A stretch of 64,000 bases of DNA from Hormiphora californensis (taxonomy: Eukaryota > Animalia > Ctenophora). The notes beneath the pieces are model-generated. The model was not told the origin of the DNA, ran no database searches, and worked only from the letters and a program-made list of their open reading frames with translations. The translations under genes and the position numbers were made by a program. Shown here piece by piece: positions 19,560 to 31,186 of this stretch (its first letter is position 1; the number at the start of each line of letters is the position of its first letter). Where the stretch lies: NCBI GenBank assembly GCA_020137815.1, contig CM035356.1, positions 5,270,001-5,334,000 of the forward strand, in the 5' to 3' direction.

Positions 19560-22328
19560 TCAAGATGGCCTCATCGGGGGCATCTCGAACCCTGAGTGTA
19601 GCCGGGGTGTCCACTGCCTCACACCTCGCTGGTCCAGCCCAGAGAACGCCTGGAAGGGCGATAGAGAGGGGTTGGATTGTAGAGAGATGGACCGTGGGAT
19701 GTGGATTAATCCCGGGTATGGGCCCTAATGTTGGATCCTGCCTGCTGTTGTTGAGGTGGAGGGGGTGTTATAGGTCCCCCGACCTTGCCCGCCCCCACAC
19801 AAGACCACGGTGGGGTTTGTGATGGAGGAGGATGCTGCATCCACAGAGAATTCACCTCAGGACTGCTCCGAGAGCTGTTGCTCGAATCCAGGGAGTTAGT
19901 GACCGATACACTGTTTAGAGTGCTGAGCGGAGGGGGTGCCACTGCCCCACTTGACCACAGACTTCCCTGACCCGTTGAGGTGGTCCAAGATCCGGGGAAT
20001 GTTGACGTGAGATCCTCCTCAAAAAACAACTCTGAGGTGCTTTTCTCGGTGGGTTTAGCAGAGGATAAGATCTCCTGAAGGCCGAGAAAGAAACCAGGAT
20101 TAGAGTTGGCAAAAGGAGAGCAGCCCGGATCGAGACCATTCATGGGAGATTCCTTGTGAATATGCCTGGCACGTTCACTACCAATGGCTCTGTCAGCGGC
20201 TCTCTCACTCCCAATTGCTTTCGGTGTAGGTACCCTCATACCCTCTCCACCCACAACCATTTGCTCTCCGCTTCCCACGGCCTCGTATCCCTTCGGAGGA
20301 CCGGGAGCCTTGATGGGGGTGGTCCGGGGAGCAGGTCCACCAGGTGCCATACTGCTACCCTCCGGCATGATGGAAGATATAGGAGATGTAGACCCCCAAA
20401 CACTCTGGGTTGTTGATCCAATAACCGAAGGAGGTAGAGGTATGCGAGTTGATGATTGACATCGCTTGTGTCGTTGTCATGGTTATCGTTGACATGGAGA
20501 CGGAGTTTATGGACCTCTCGTAACCAGGGGCAGCCGTGCTAGCAACCAACGTTGTTGTCGTAATCACATGAGCCTGGGTCTTCTTGATGGTGATATTCTT
20601 CGGAATTACACTCTTCGAAATAGCAGGTTTCATTGAAGGGATCGGGATTTGGATGGGCTTCTCGTAGAGAGATTTCGAGGGGTTCTTAGGACTGACCTTC
20701 ATCTGTTTCTGTGACCACAGGTGGTTCCCGTTTGACAGGGGCCATCCGAGGAGACTTCAGGAGACTGGTGGTTGGAGAATGCAGCATGTAGTGATGCTCG
20801 GAGGAGATACCCTGCTAGTACCCATGGTGATGTTCTTGGAGAGAGGGGCCTCCGGAACTACCACGGTCTTCCTAGCGGTCGTCTTTTGGGGTTCATCTTT
20901 CTTGGCAGATGCACCGGAGAAGATGCTTGAGCTCCCGGGAATGTTGGTGTTGTTCGCCAGGATACTCGTGTCAACATCCTGCCTCTTTTTGTTTTGTTTC
21001 CTACGCCTTTTCTTGGACTTCTTCGTGTCCTCCCCGGACATCTTCAGCTCGTCGATGACGGTCTTCGGAGGAGCGGGAGAAACTACCACGATCGGTTTGG
21101 TGTTCACCTGGGGCGTCACCGGGGGCTTGTTCTCCTTTTTCAACTTAGCTCCCGATTTCGGTGGTTCAGAGTGCTTCTTCTCCGGACCATTGGAAATGAT
21201 GTTGGACTTTTTTAAGGCACTCCGGACAGCTTGGCCTGCTCGGGTAACGTTCTCCATCAGCACCCGCTCAATGCTGGAGCTCCGACTTCCACTCGAGTTG
21301 GAAGACCCGTCCTCGTTATCCTCGTTTTTAGAGGGCTTTGTGTGCCTTCGCTTGTCCTTCCTCTTTTTCTCCTCCTCCAACTTGTGCTGCAACTCCTGCT
21401 TCCTGTTTCCGTTGTTCCACCATCACAGTCTCCTCCTCCTCTTGTTTCTTCCTGTCCGCAGCTGCCTTCTTCTGCTCCTTCTTCCGATCTCGCTTCCGTT
21501 GCCGGGCGAGTATTCGGTTTTCATCCCGTTCCTTCCGCAACCGCTCCTCCTCCTCCTCTTCAGCGATGAGCTTTTGTTGCTTGTCGAAGGCGAGTTTTTC
21601 CCGGTAGGCAACCAAGAGACGCTCCTCAAACATCCTTGCGATGAACGTTTGAAAGAACTTCCTCCCAACGAGCAGTCTACCCCAGGCGAGTTGCACCTTC
21701 CGTGATGTCGTCCGTTGCCTTCTTGGATATCTTCAAAGTTTTGATCATAAAAATCCTCATCCATGTCATCAAATTGGCTGCTTTCTAAAAGGTCGATAAA
21801 AAGTGCCCCACCTTCTACCAGTTCCGGACTAACAGAAATCTGCTGACCGTCCGATGAGAGACTCCAGTAGAAAACAAACTCAGCATCATTCAAAGTACAC
21901 TCTTCCAGTGGCATTTGAGAAAGCTTATCCCCATAATCATTTCTCATATCCATTCGTATCAGTTCATCGTGATAGATTGCAAAACATTCCTCCACGTCAA
22001 CTTCAAACTCTCTCCGCTCTTGCGTACAGCAATCACAGTTACACGTAATCCGTTGTTGTTCCTTCATTTTCAGAATCACCAGATCCTTCTCCAGAGTTGC
22101 AATGGCCAGCCGGTCCCCGATACAGAGAGTAGACCAGAACTCGTGGAGGCGACTGTAATATTTCAACTCGTTATCATCCCAAATGTTGTCATTCCATATC
22201 ACTTCCCCATGCACAGTGTAAGAGGGCTCCTTCTTCTTCTTCCTCTTCTTTTTACGCTTCTCAGTTTGAGCATCCACAATATGAACAGCAGAGTTGTGGT
22301 CCGTTGGCTGTATACAATGAGCCGCCAT
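19560..22328 (-). CDS. NST1-like protein (fungal stress-response NST1 family), apparently intronless, with ~4-5 single-base frameshifts as assembled
   Basis: IW...[41 protein letters not shown]...YHDEL; [29 protein letters not shown]; [41 protein letters not shown]; then a K/E/R coiled coil and an S/P/T-rich tail. These match in order the fungal Nst1 blocks as I recall them (IKxFWLxL...EKxAVLKKMKEQQ+HSCSCxVC; LTVADDLLKNDGKKFIEMME; GRRMFQIFAARMFEQRVLxAYREKVA). ORF pieces 21423-22331, 21328-21696, 20757-21392, 20355-20702 and 19706-20368 abut or overlap. The 3' end is approximate. Confidence 0.8.
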
Positions 22329-23710
22329 CACGCTAAATAGGAGGGTTGAGGGTTATGTTTGTTGAAATGTGATGCCAATCAGTGTTGGGGTTCGACAAGT
22401 TATGGGGATACCGGATTTAGTTTACAAGTTATAAAATATAAGGGAAACAACGATAGCCAGTAACAAACGGCCAAGATTATGTTAAAAAGGATAATTATTC
22501 AGGATCTACGACAGCTTTGCCTGTTGTGTAGAACCTCCATCAAAAACTTGTTATGAAAAATCGGCACCCGTGCAAACAGGGGAAACATGTGTGGGTGTCT
22601 TGGATATCTTTAGCAGCGTGCACTTGTAAACAGGCCTTTAAACACCCAGATCGTAACGGCGCCCTGCAAAAAGGCCTCTGAATCGCCCCGTAGTTGGTCT
22701 AGTAGGTAAGTTTACGGTGTTTTTGACGGCCACTTAGGCACTGGCGCGTAAACTTTGCGCGCCCGGAGCCAGTACCTAAGTGGCCGTCAAAAACGCGTGC
22801 AGAACAGTACACTGTTCTTCCTCATCACCTCCCACAACCCAGACGTGTCAACCTCCCTAGTTTTCTTACGATCTGTTTGCTTGAAGGCCTGTTTACGGGT
22901 GCAGTCCACGCTGCCAAAAAAGAACCCTGCACTAAAATGGCTCAAACCTTCAAACCAATCAAGCGTTTTGGAAATCACAAGCCTTAACTATTCCCACAGC
23001 TCTAACACTATCCCTGGGACAGTGTTACAGCTGTGGTTGATAGTATTCCATACTCCATAGCCTGAAAACCGTGAGCGCCGACACTTGAAACTCCAAAATT
23101 TCTTGGCCTATGCTACAGGCCCTAGAAGCCGTGGAAAACGCGCGCACTTGGGGTCTGCAGCGCATGCCAACAAAATTTCAAGCTTTAGCCTTTAGCGTTT
23201 TGCAACGCGAGGGCAGTTTTCAAAAGTTTGATTTTTGTTTTCAAATATTTAAAGTGAATGCGCGGCGTCGTTATGCAGCGTGGAATAGCCAATTTTGGCG
23301 TGTAACGTTTAAAACGTGTTTGCAGACATCGCGAAGTTAACGCGCGCGCGATAAGCAACTTCAAACTTCCGAAAATAACTTTCTTCGAAATTTTAAAGTT
23401 ACGCCCCTGGACCCTGTCTATGGGGGGCGCCGTTACGATCTGGGTGTTTGGAGGCCTGTTTACAGGTGCGCGCTGCCAAAAAAGTTGATTCACTAAAATG
23501 GCTCTAACCGCCAAACCACTCAACCGTTGTGGCTGATTCAAAGTTTATCTGGTAGGGAATGTCAAGGCCTAACCCCAACCCAAACCCTAACCCTAACCCT
23601 ACTTTAGCCCTAACTCTAAAAAACCGTTTGTCAGCACTCCCAAAACACCCAGATTTTAACGCTGGCCCCCATAGACGGGCGCCGTTACGATCTGGGTGTT
23701 TGGATGCCTG

Positions 23711-25256
23711 GATACATTTACGGGAAAAGAGGAAAACGCGGTGTAACAAAACTTCGTATGAAATCACACTTCTTGCCTGTGAAACAGCGAATAGAGTACA
23801 AAATTTGCTTGATGGTATACAAGACTCTTCATGATCAATCCCCTCCATACATGTCTGAGATGTTAGTGAAGCGGCCCCAGAAAGTGAAATCACTCCGAGT
23901 GGATAATGACGTCACCGCTCTGAAAGAGGTGCGGAGGAGTGAGTACCACTACGAAAACACTAGAGGCGCTTTCAGTATTGCTGCACCTAAATTATGGAAT
24001 CAGCTACCACGATCAATCCGGGACTCAGAATCCCTTACTACTTTTAAAACATCCCTGAAGACGCACTTGTTCTTTAGAGCATACAACCAATGATCGGCAA
24101 AATAATCCTCACTTCCCTACATTTGGTACATCCACATGGATTCCTGAGTAACTAATGTCTCCAACTCCTATTCCTGATTCCTGGGCTCCCTTTTTCTCGT
24201 GTATTCCTTCACATCGATACCTGGGTCCTCTACTCCTACCTCCTCCACATCGATTCCTGGGTCCTTTACTCCTACCTCCTCCACATCGATCCCTGGGTCC
24301 TCTACTCCTACCTCCTCCACATCGATCCCTGGGTCCTTTACTCCTACCTCCTCCACATCGATTCCTGGGTCCTTTCCCTACCTTGCTCCACATCGATCAC
24401 TGGGTCTTTTCCCAACCTCCTTCACATCGATCCCTGGGTCTTTTACTCCTACCTCCTCTACATCGATTCCTGGGTCCTTTCCCTACCTTGCTCCACATCG
24501 ATCCCTGGGTCCTCTACTTCTACCTCCTCCACATCGATCCCTGGGTCCTTTACTCCTACCTCCTCCACATCGATCCCTGGGTCCTTTACTCCTACCTCCT
24601 CCACATCGATTCCTGGGTCCTTTCCCTACCTTGCTCCACATCGATCCCTGGGTCTTTTCCCAACCTCCTTCACATTGATCCCTGGGTCCTTTACTCCTAC
24701 CTCCTCCACATCGATTCCTGGGTCCTTTCCCTACCTTGCTCCACATCGATCCCTGGGTCCTCTACTCCTACCTGCTCCACATCGATCCCTGGGTCCTTTA
24801 CTCCTACCTCCTCCACATCGATCCCTGGGTCCTTTACTCCTACCTTGCTCCTCATCGATCCCTGGGTCCTTTACTCCTACCTCCTCCACATCGATCCCTG
24901 GGTCCTTTTCCTTGCGCTGCTCCATATCGAGCACATCCTCATTCCTCATTCTACAAACTATCTACAACATCCCTTCTACACGCTACTCATCACTTGTTAT
25001 CACGACAGTTTATTGATTCTGTTTTTTGTACATACAATGTGATATTGAAGAGTGTTTGAATTAGACGAGATAACCCAGCTAGAGGTAGCTACGGGCGGAA
25101 ACGTCCGCATGTTGGACATATTTATTTTTTAATACTTGTGAACCAATATGTTTAGTGTATTAGCGGGGTGTCAATAATTACATTTATTTAATTTATTGAC
25201 ATTATAAATATAATTTTAATCTTGTAATCTTGTAATCTTGTAATCTTGTAATCTTG
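23711..25256 (+). mobile_element. 5'-truncated L2/CR1-clade non-LTR retrotransposon (ORF2 C-terminus 23711-24093 plus 3' UTR)
   Basis: HFLPVKQRIEYKICLMVYKTLHDQSPPYMSEML...RGAFSIAAPKLWNQLPRSIRDSESLTTFKTSLKTHLF is the typical L2/Crack ORF2 end. The element ends in a (TAATCTTG)x5 tail and splits the host motif gcctg|tttacaggtg with no obvious TSD. Confidence 0.85.
24205..24915. repeat. 32-33-bp minisatellite, about 21 units, in the LINE 3' UTR
   Basis: Unit ccacatcgatccctgggtcctttactcctacctcct with variants. Confidence 0.95.
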
Positions 25257-26142
25257 TTTACAGGTGTGCGCTGCCAAAAAAGTTGATTCACTAAAATGGC
25301 TCTAACCGCCAAACCACTCAGCCGTTTTGGCTGATTCAAAGTTTATCTGGTAGGGAATGTCAAGGCCTAACCCCAACCCAAACCCTAACCCTACTTTAGC
25401 CCTAACCCTAAAAAACCGTTTGTCAGCACTCCCAAAACACCCAGATTTTAACGCTGGCCCCTGTCTATGGGGGGTTTCACCCCCCCAAACCCCCTCACCG
25501 GGGCTGTCGCCCCAGGCCCCGGACGTTTAGGGCAGCTCGTGGACGAGCCACCCCTGTGAAGTGACTGGTGATAACTGCTGCTCGTTCATCGATTTTGGCG
25601 GTCGAAAGGGTATTCGGGAAACCGGAAACGTAAAACGTTAAAATCTGGGTGACTAGTGTTCAGATTTTTTGGGGTTAGGGCCTGTAAACACCCATATCGT
25701 AACGGCACCCCAAAAATTAGAGAGTGAATTTGAAACAAATAAGTGGCATGGACCCGGGGGCAAATACTAATCAAAATGACTGTTCATTACACTGTACCAT
25801 TTATCTGAATGTAATACTAATGACTAATGTTCTCTCTTTGACTGTTTCTATCTAAGCTACATAGTTGTACATACATCTTTACTCAGCTATAGCTCTTATC
25901 TGCCAGATCAGGCTCAAGGCAAACTGTTAGATCTTTGAATTCATCAGCTCAAGTGCCCTTCTCCTTATTAAGATGACTGGTGAGGCTCTCCTGTTTCCCT
26001 CAATTCCAATTACGTTCATCGGCATAACTGCACTATGATCTGCCTAACTCTTGCTACAAGAGTCAATATCTTTTTGGGTCACGTTGAACGGTCACTGTAG
26101 CAGCTAAATACAGCTCTTGATTTATCTTTCGTCATCAATAAT

Positions 26143-27306
26143 CTAACAGTTAGCATCGGCCGACTGAAGACCATTCTTCTCATTCACTGATTTATCACAA
26201 AGAGGAGACAACGTGTTCCTAGAGTTCTCGATCGTCGGTGAGGTGGCATTCTGAGTTGTTTTGTTTTGTTTCAACCCTGATAAGCCAATACTCTCAGTGA
26301 GGCTTTTCAGGGTCGATCTGGCTTTATTCCAATTTTTCGTGAACGCCAAATAAAGAAGGGGGTTGATGGTAGAGAATAGAAGGGGTCCAAGTATTGCGTA
26401 GCAGAGGATTATGAAGGCGAAGGATTTGGGAAACGCTTCCCCCAGCTCCATACCTGACATCCTCCCGGGAAGTGTGCCTGTGATGTATCCCTTGGCCAAC
26501 ATTAGGGATACCAACATGAGACTGCCAAAGTTGGTAATCAGGATCCTGATACTTCCCTCCATTCCCCGAGCCTTGGCGCTATCTGATACAGGGTTTTTGT
26601 ACATCTTTAGTAGTTCCCAGATAGTACCAACGGAAGCGATAACTCCCATAATCTGATATAGGATCACCAATGCAAAGACAAAGAGATAAAATGCAAAGAA
26701 GCTGGGCATTTTAATCCCGAATATAAATTTGTCGACTGCCGGATCCACGTTTCCCCACACGACGGTCGAACTTGCGTAGAAAACCACCTGGGTATCTTCC
26801 CCCTTAGGCCACATGAGATCGATTATGGTTGTCAATAGCAATAGGGATGGAATCACCACCGCAGCGACAACAGGTCCCTGTGGTATGATCATCATGGGTA
26901 GTTTGATCTTTAGAAACCGGATCAGTGCGAGGAGGGCCGTCACTAGAGAGGGAATATAGCCCAGGGTCTTGCACAGGACTGCCAGGCCTCTCTCACCAAT
27001 GGTCGGATGGAGTCGGGAGTAGGCGTAGTATAGTGTATCACATTGAGACCCCAGGGTATCCCAGCAGCGTGGATCTTTGAGACTAAGGAGCTGGTATGCT
27101 GCCATGGGGGGCAGGTATAGGCAGGTGATCAGGTCCGAGACGGAGAGCATGAGAAGGAGGGTTCGGCAGATGTTGTGGGTTCTTTTCCGAAGGTTATCTC
27201 TGATAACAATAATGTTTGCTGGGACTCCTATCACCATCAGAGAAAGAACAAATACGGCCAGTAAAATGTCATCTGTAGACTTGTAACCATCACCAAACAA
27301 AGCCAT
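26143..27306 (-). CDS. Single-exon rhodopsin-like 7TM GPCR (orphan), 387 aa
   Basis: Seven hydrophobic segments; TM1 GVPAN, TM2 LSVSDL, TM3 end ALIRF, TM7 STINPLLY; uninterrupted ORF. Confidence 0.9.
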   Translation of the reverse strand: MALFGDGYKSTDDILLAVFVLSLMVIGVPANIIVIRDNLRKRTHNICRTLLLMLSVSDLITCLYLPPMAAYQLLSLKDPRCWDTLGSQCDTLYYAYSRLHPTIGERGLAVLCKTLGYIPSLVTALLALIRFLKIKLPMMIIPQGPVVAAVVIPSLLLLTTIIDLMWPKGEDTQVVFYASSTVVWGNVDPAVDKFIFGIKMPSFFAFYLFVFALVILYQIMGVIASVGTIWELLKMYKNPVSDSAKARGMEGSIRILITNFGSLMLVSLMLAKGYITGTLPGRMSGMELGEAFPKSFAFIILCYAILGPLLFSTINPLLYLAFTKNWNKARSTLKSLTESIGLSGLKQNKTTQNATSPTIENSRNTLSPLCDKSVNEKNGLQSADANC

Positions 27307-28137
27307 TTCCTAATCAGGGGATTGAAATAAGTTACAGAAACCTCCAAAAGTCTTGAAAGTTGAAAGTTGGTGTCAAAAAGTAACACAAACGTATAGTATA
27401 GTAAGTTAATGAAAACGATAACCATGCTTGTATACTAAAAAGGAAACCAAGGAATAGAAGTGTTGTACAAGCACAGTTATATTAAAGGTCTCCATAGCAT
27501 GTAGGAAACCAATAACAAGCCCATCATATCAAGCGGGGTCAGATCAGGTAGGCTAGCCAAGAATGGTAGGATATTAAAGTACAACGAAGAAAGCTGTGCA
27601 GTGCCCAGCAGCTCGGGGGTAATTCAAAACACACCAAAAGACAACTGATCTAACTAATGCTCTCTCTCTTTTGTGGGGGTTTGGGCGTCGCTAGATAATC
27701 GTTATACACAGACAACAATGCAATGTATAATACTAGATACAATGCTCTACTCTATATAAAGAACAAAGTGTCCCGTAAAACAATGTAGCGTTCTAAACGC
27801 TGCCTACACATGATCTGCTTCACACTACAGGAAAGTGATATTACTGTTATAGATAAACACTGGACCCCACATGAGATTACGTGTAGCGTCACATAGCCTT
27901 ACTATATCAGATATCTCCTCTTGATGTCAGAAATTAAACTTGATAACGTGTTTGTGGTGATCGATCACATGACGTATTTATTATTGGCTATAAACTAAAG
28001 CAAAAGCAGCTGAGAAATACTGGCTTGTTTTAGCGGGCGGGCGGGTCGCTAAGGCTTGTATCTCACTCTTGCTCTCGTGTGGTGCATTAGCGTGTTAGAA
28101 CACGCCAATGCACCACCACAACATATGTTGTTAGTTG

Positions 28138-28267
28138 AGAAAAGATTAGCTTTAGCGCAGCTGTTTGAAAGAAATGAATGGAGAGAGAGCTAGGAACATG
28201 TTAACATGTTCCTAGCTCTCTCTCCATTCATTTCTTTCAAACAGCTGCGCTAAAGCTAATCTTTTCT
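28138..28267. repeat. Perfect 130-bp palindrome with no spacer
   Basis: agaaaagattagctttagcg...gaacatgtt|aacatgttc...cgctaaagctaatcttttct, centre 28202/28203. Confidence 0.95.
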
Positions 28268-28495
28268 TAAATAGTTTTATATTTTAGCTCTCCCTCTGAC
28301 AGCATACATATTAAGTTGTTACCTCCATATCTCTCACTCTAACTGGATTGGCGAGTTCCTTTATCTCTAATTATTCCATTTCTCTATAACAGGTGTACCA
28401 AGTATAAAGGTCCTGTCGAGATTCTGTCTTTTTTAACAGGCGGAGATAATTGCTCTCAAAAACATTAAATTCTCTCCTTCGACCTTTATAAAACA

Positions 28496-28560
28496 CTGTC
28501 TGGCGCCGCGACCCATCTGAGCGCACTGAGAATCAAATGGGGTATGGCGCCGCCATACAG
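28496..28560. mobile_element. Short ~70-bp MITE-like repeat; other copies at ~34655-34729, 36792-36865 and 40213-40287
   Basis: Inverted ends ctgt(c/a)tggcg.cgc ... gcg.cgcca(t/g)acag with a shared core tgattctca / gcgctcagatggg. Confidence 0.7.
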
Positions 28561-28757
28561 ATAAAACAGGTGTACCATGCAACGCTAATGATACTGTCTG
28601 GCTGACGTAATTAAATAGTTTCAAATTAAAGGATTTTTAAAGATGGCGATCAAAATGAACCTCATGTTTTCAAAATAAATGAGGAATTTTATCCCTACTG
28701 ATCTAAATTCCAAAATCAACTTTGTCTAAAATTAAATTAATAACGATGTTTCCAAGC

Positions 28758-30964
28758 ATGGCACTATCCAGAGCTGATGTGATCAGGCATCTTCAAGAGT
28801 TGGGGTACTATGATATCTCTGACGACCTTCTTGATGTATTTGTACAAGGTATACTATCTCTCTTTGACATTTTCTCTCTTTCTTTCTTCCTCGCTTTCCC
28901 TCTCTTTTTCTCTCCCTCCCTCCCTCTTTCTCTAGCTCTCAACCCCCCCCCCCCCCAGATTTAAACCAATATGTGCACAATGAATCTGTGAGAAGTCCTT
29001 CAGCAACTAGCTTCAGTACTATAAATGAGTCAGCTCTAACCGATGCAGGGAGCACGGCCAGTACCACTCGACGTAGAATTACCAGGTGAGAACAGAAATC
29101 AGAATTCTTCACTGAACTCTTCGCTGGCTTAATTTTCCGAATAAAATCCGCTCAATAGAGCTAAACCCTTAAATAGTCAGAATTTGGATTTTGTTTGAAA
29201 TTGGGACTGTCCCACCAGGTCTACCAATATTCCATTTGTGCGCGTTCGCCAATTGTTTCGCGCATGAGAAAGTATGAGTTGTAAGCAGCCCTGTTTTCTG
29301 ACTTCAACTGTCCTCTCCCGCCCTGCTAACCGCCTCAACTTGCCGAAATTCCACTTGTCCAGTGGCACCCCCTGTCCGGAGTACTGCTTTTTTTTCCTCT
29401 GTGTGTGTGTCGCAACACTGGAATGATGCGCGTTCAGGGCATGTTTCAAGTTCCACGTGTCATAGCGCAGCCACTAATTAGATTAAGGAATAATCATTCA
29501 CACTAGGTTCAAGCCCAGACAATTCCTAACACTCTAGATCAAACCCGAACTTGAATGGATAAACACAAGCTAGGTTATGGGCTCTTTTGTAAAAGTTGTC
29601 ATGATTTTGTACACCACGATATTTGTCAACCTAGACAACTTCTCCGGCTCACTGAGAGAGTAATACCCCGAAAATCAAAAAAAGGTGAGATATGTCCATC
29701 TGGAAATTGTCTGCTGAAGAAGCTAGTGAAATTCTTTTTGAAAACCGACATAAAATGTAGACAGTAGAGATGCGGGATGGACATCATGCTCATAATTCGT
29801 GTGGTGCGTCACAGTGCTGACACATTGAAGTTTAGAGAGTACTGCTTTTTTCCGGAGTACTGCTTTTTCTCTCTCTGCCATGAGAGCGCGTAGGGGGGCT
29901 GTGTGTGAGGACTGTGAGTGTGTCGGGGTGTATCCAGACTGTGTAGAAGTGTGTGGTTACATTCTGTCTTCTACACGATTTAGTGTACCGAATATTACAA
30001 GACTAGAATGTTATAATTATACGTGTCACACAATGCTTTTCCCTCAGCTCTCCTGACCCATTTCTCAACCAATATCTGCTACCTCATCGCTCAATTATCC
30101 CATCACTCACAGCAAACCTATACCGTTGTAACCTCACCATCAGCTACCCAATCTCTCTGCTACTCCATCTTTTAGCTACCCAAGTCCCTATCCCTTAGAG
30201 TTAGCTAATCCACCAGTTAGCTACCCCACGGCCCTGATCCCCTCATCTATTCCATCTCTCAGCTATCATACTGCTCAGCTACCCCGCCCTGCTAGGTATA
30301 TATCAGATCTTAATGGATGCCAGTAAAGCCCCTCCTCCTCCCCCAAGATGTCCCTCACTCATTAGATACCACTGACCCTCCTAGATACTCTCGAGATAAT
30401 GTAGCAGGCTCTGAGGGATATATCTACTAGTGTGTAAGGAGTATCCGATAAAGTTAGCGGTATCTATATCTCAAATACGCCTGCCAGAATGTCTCTCAAA
30501 TTTTGTTATATACCTCTAAAAACCCCTAGATACTCCTATTTTCTTCATAGAAACCACGCACCAGACTCTCATATATTATGAGGTACCCCTCAAAAAACTA
30601 GTAGACATCCCTAAAACAATTCTTGATACCATAGAAATCATTAGATACTCCTAACAGTGGTCCTCCAACATAATTGCCATACCTCGACGTGAAATTCGAC
30701 GAGAATCTCGACCTGGAATGAGGCGCGCATTCGTAGTGAGAGAGACACAAAGACTAGCGAGAGAAAAGAGTTGAAGCGCGACATAATTTTCTTACTGCGG
30801 CACATCTCTCTGATGCGCGGCTCATTCCAGGTCGAGATCTAGGTCGAATTTCACGTCGGAATATGTCGGAGGACCACTGTTAGACCATAATTCTAGATAC
30901 CCCTCCTCCCGTAAGGTCCCATGCAAGAGCAGGGTTAAATCCCCCGGGCCCGGATCTTGTTGGA

Positions 30965-31060
<96 letters not shown>

Positions 31061-31112
31061 GTTTCGGAAATTGAGAGAGGGAGAGAGAGAGAAAGAGAGA
31101 GAAAGAGAGAGA

Positions 31113-31186
<74 letters not shown>

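Larger units (their letters stand above)
22600..25712. mobile_element. Composite of non-autonomous DNA-transposon copies with internal telomere-like tracts, interrupted by a LINE
   Basis: Motif gggcgccgttacgatctgggtgttt (~23425, ~23677) with inverted copies aaacaccca(g/t)atcgtaacggc(g/a)ccc (~22640, ~25687). An ~215-bp block 23457-23670 recurs at 25254-25460, including (ccctaa)n-like tracts. Confidence 0.7.

Noticed and set aside
20779-21705. 308-aa hydrophobic plus-strand ORF
   Set aside because: Antisense shadow of the K/E-rich NST1-like coding region.
24205-24915. CRISPR-like array (constant cacatcgatccctgggtcct core with variable linkers)
   Set aside because: Linkers are 12-13-nt variants of one sequence, not unique spacers. 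No cas genes, eukaryotic context. It is a minisatellite.
25062-25112. Hammerhead-like gacgag...gaaacgtc in the LINE 3' UTR
   Set aside because: Lacks the CUGANGA core; treated as ordinary stem-loops.
29714-29745. Minimal hammerhead-like CTGAAGA...GAAA
   Set aside because: No stem III with a UH cleavage triplet and no stem I partner.
29555-29767. 70-aa ORF MDKHKLGYG... present twice (also 33294-33506)
   Set aside because: The duplication is explained by the inverted arms; no transposase or other motif.
29810-29840. CACAGTG heptamer inside the foldback arm as a RAG RSS
   Set aside because: No ACAAAAACC-like nonamer at 12 or 23 bp, and it is not at the terminus.
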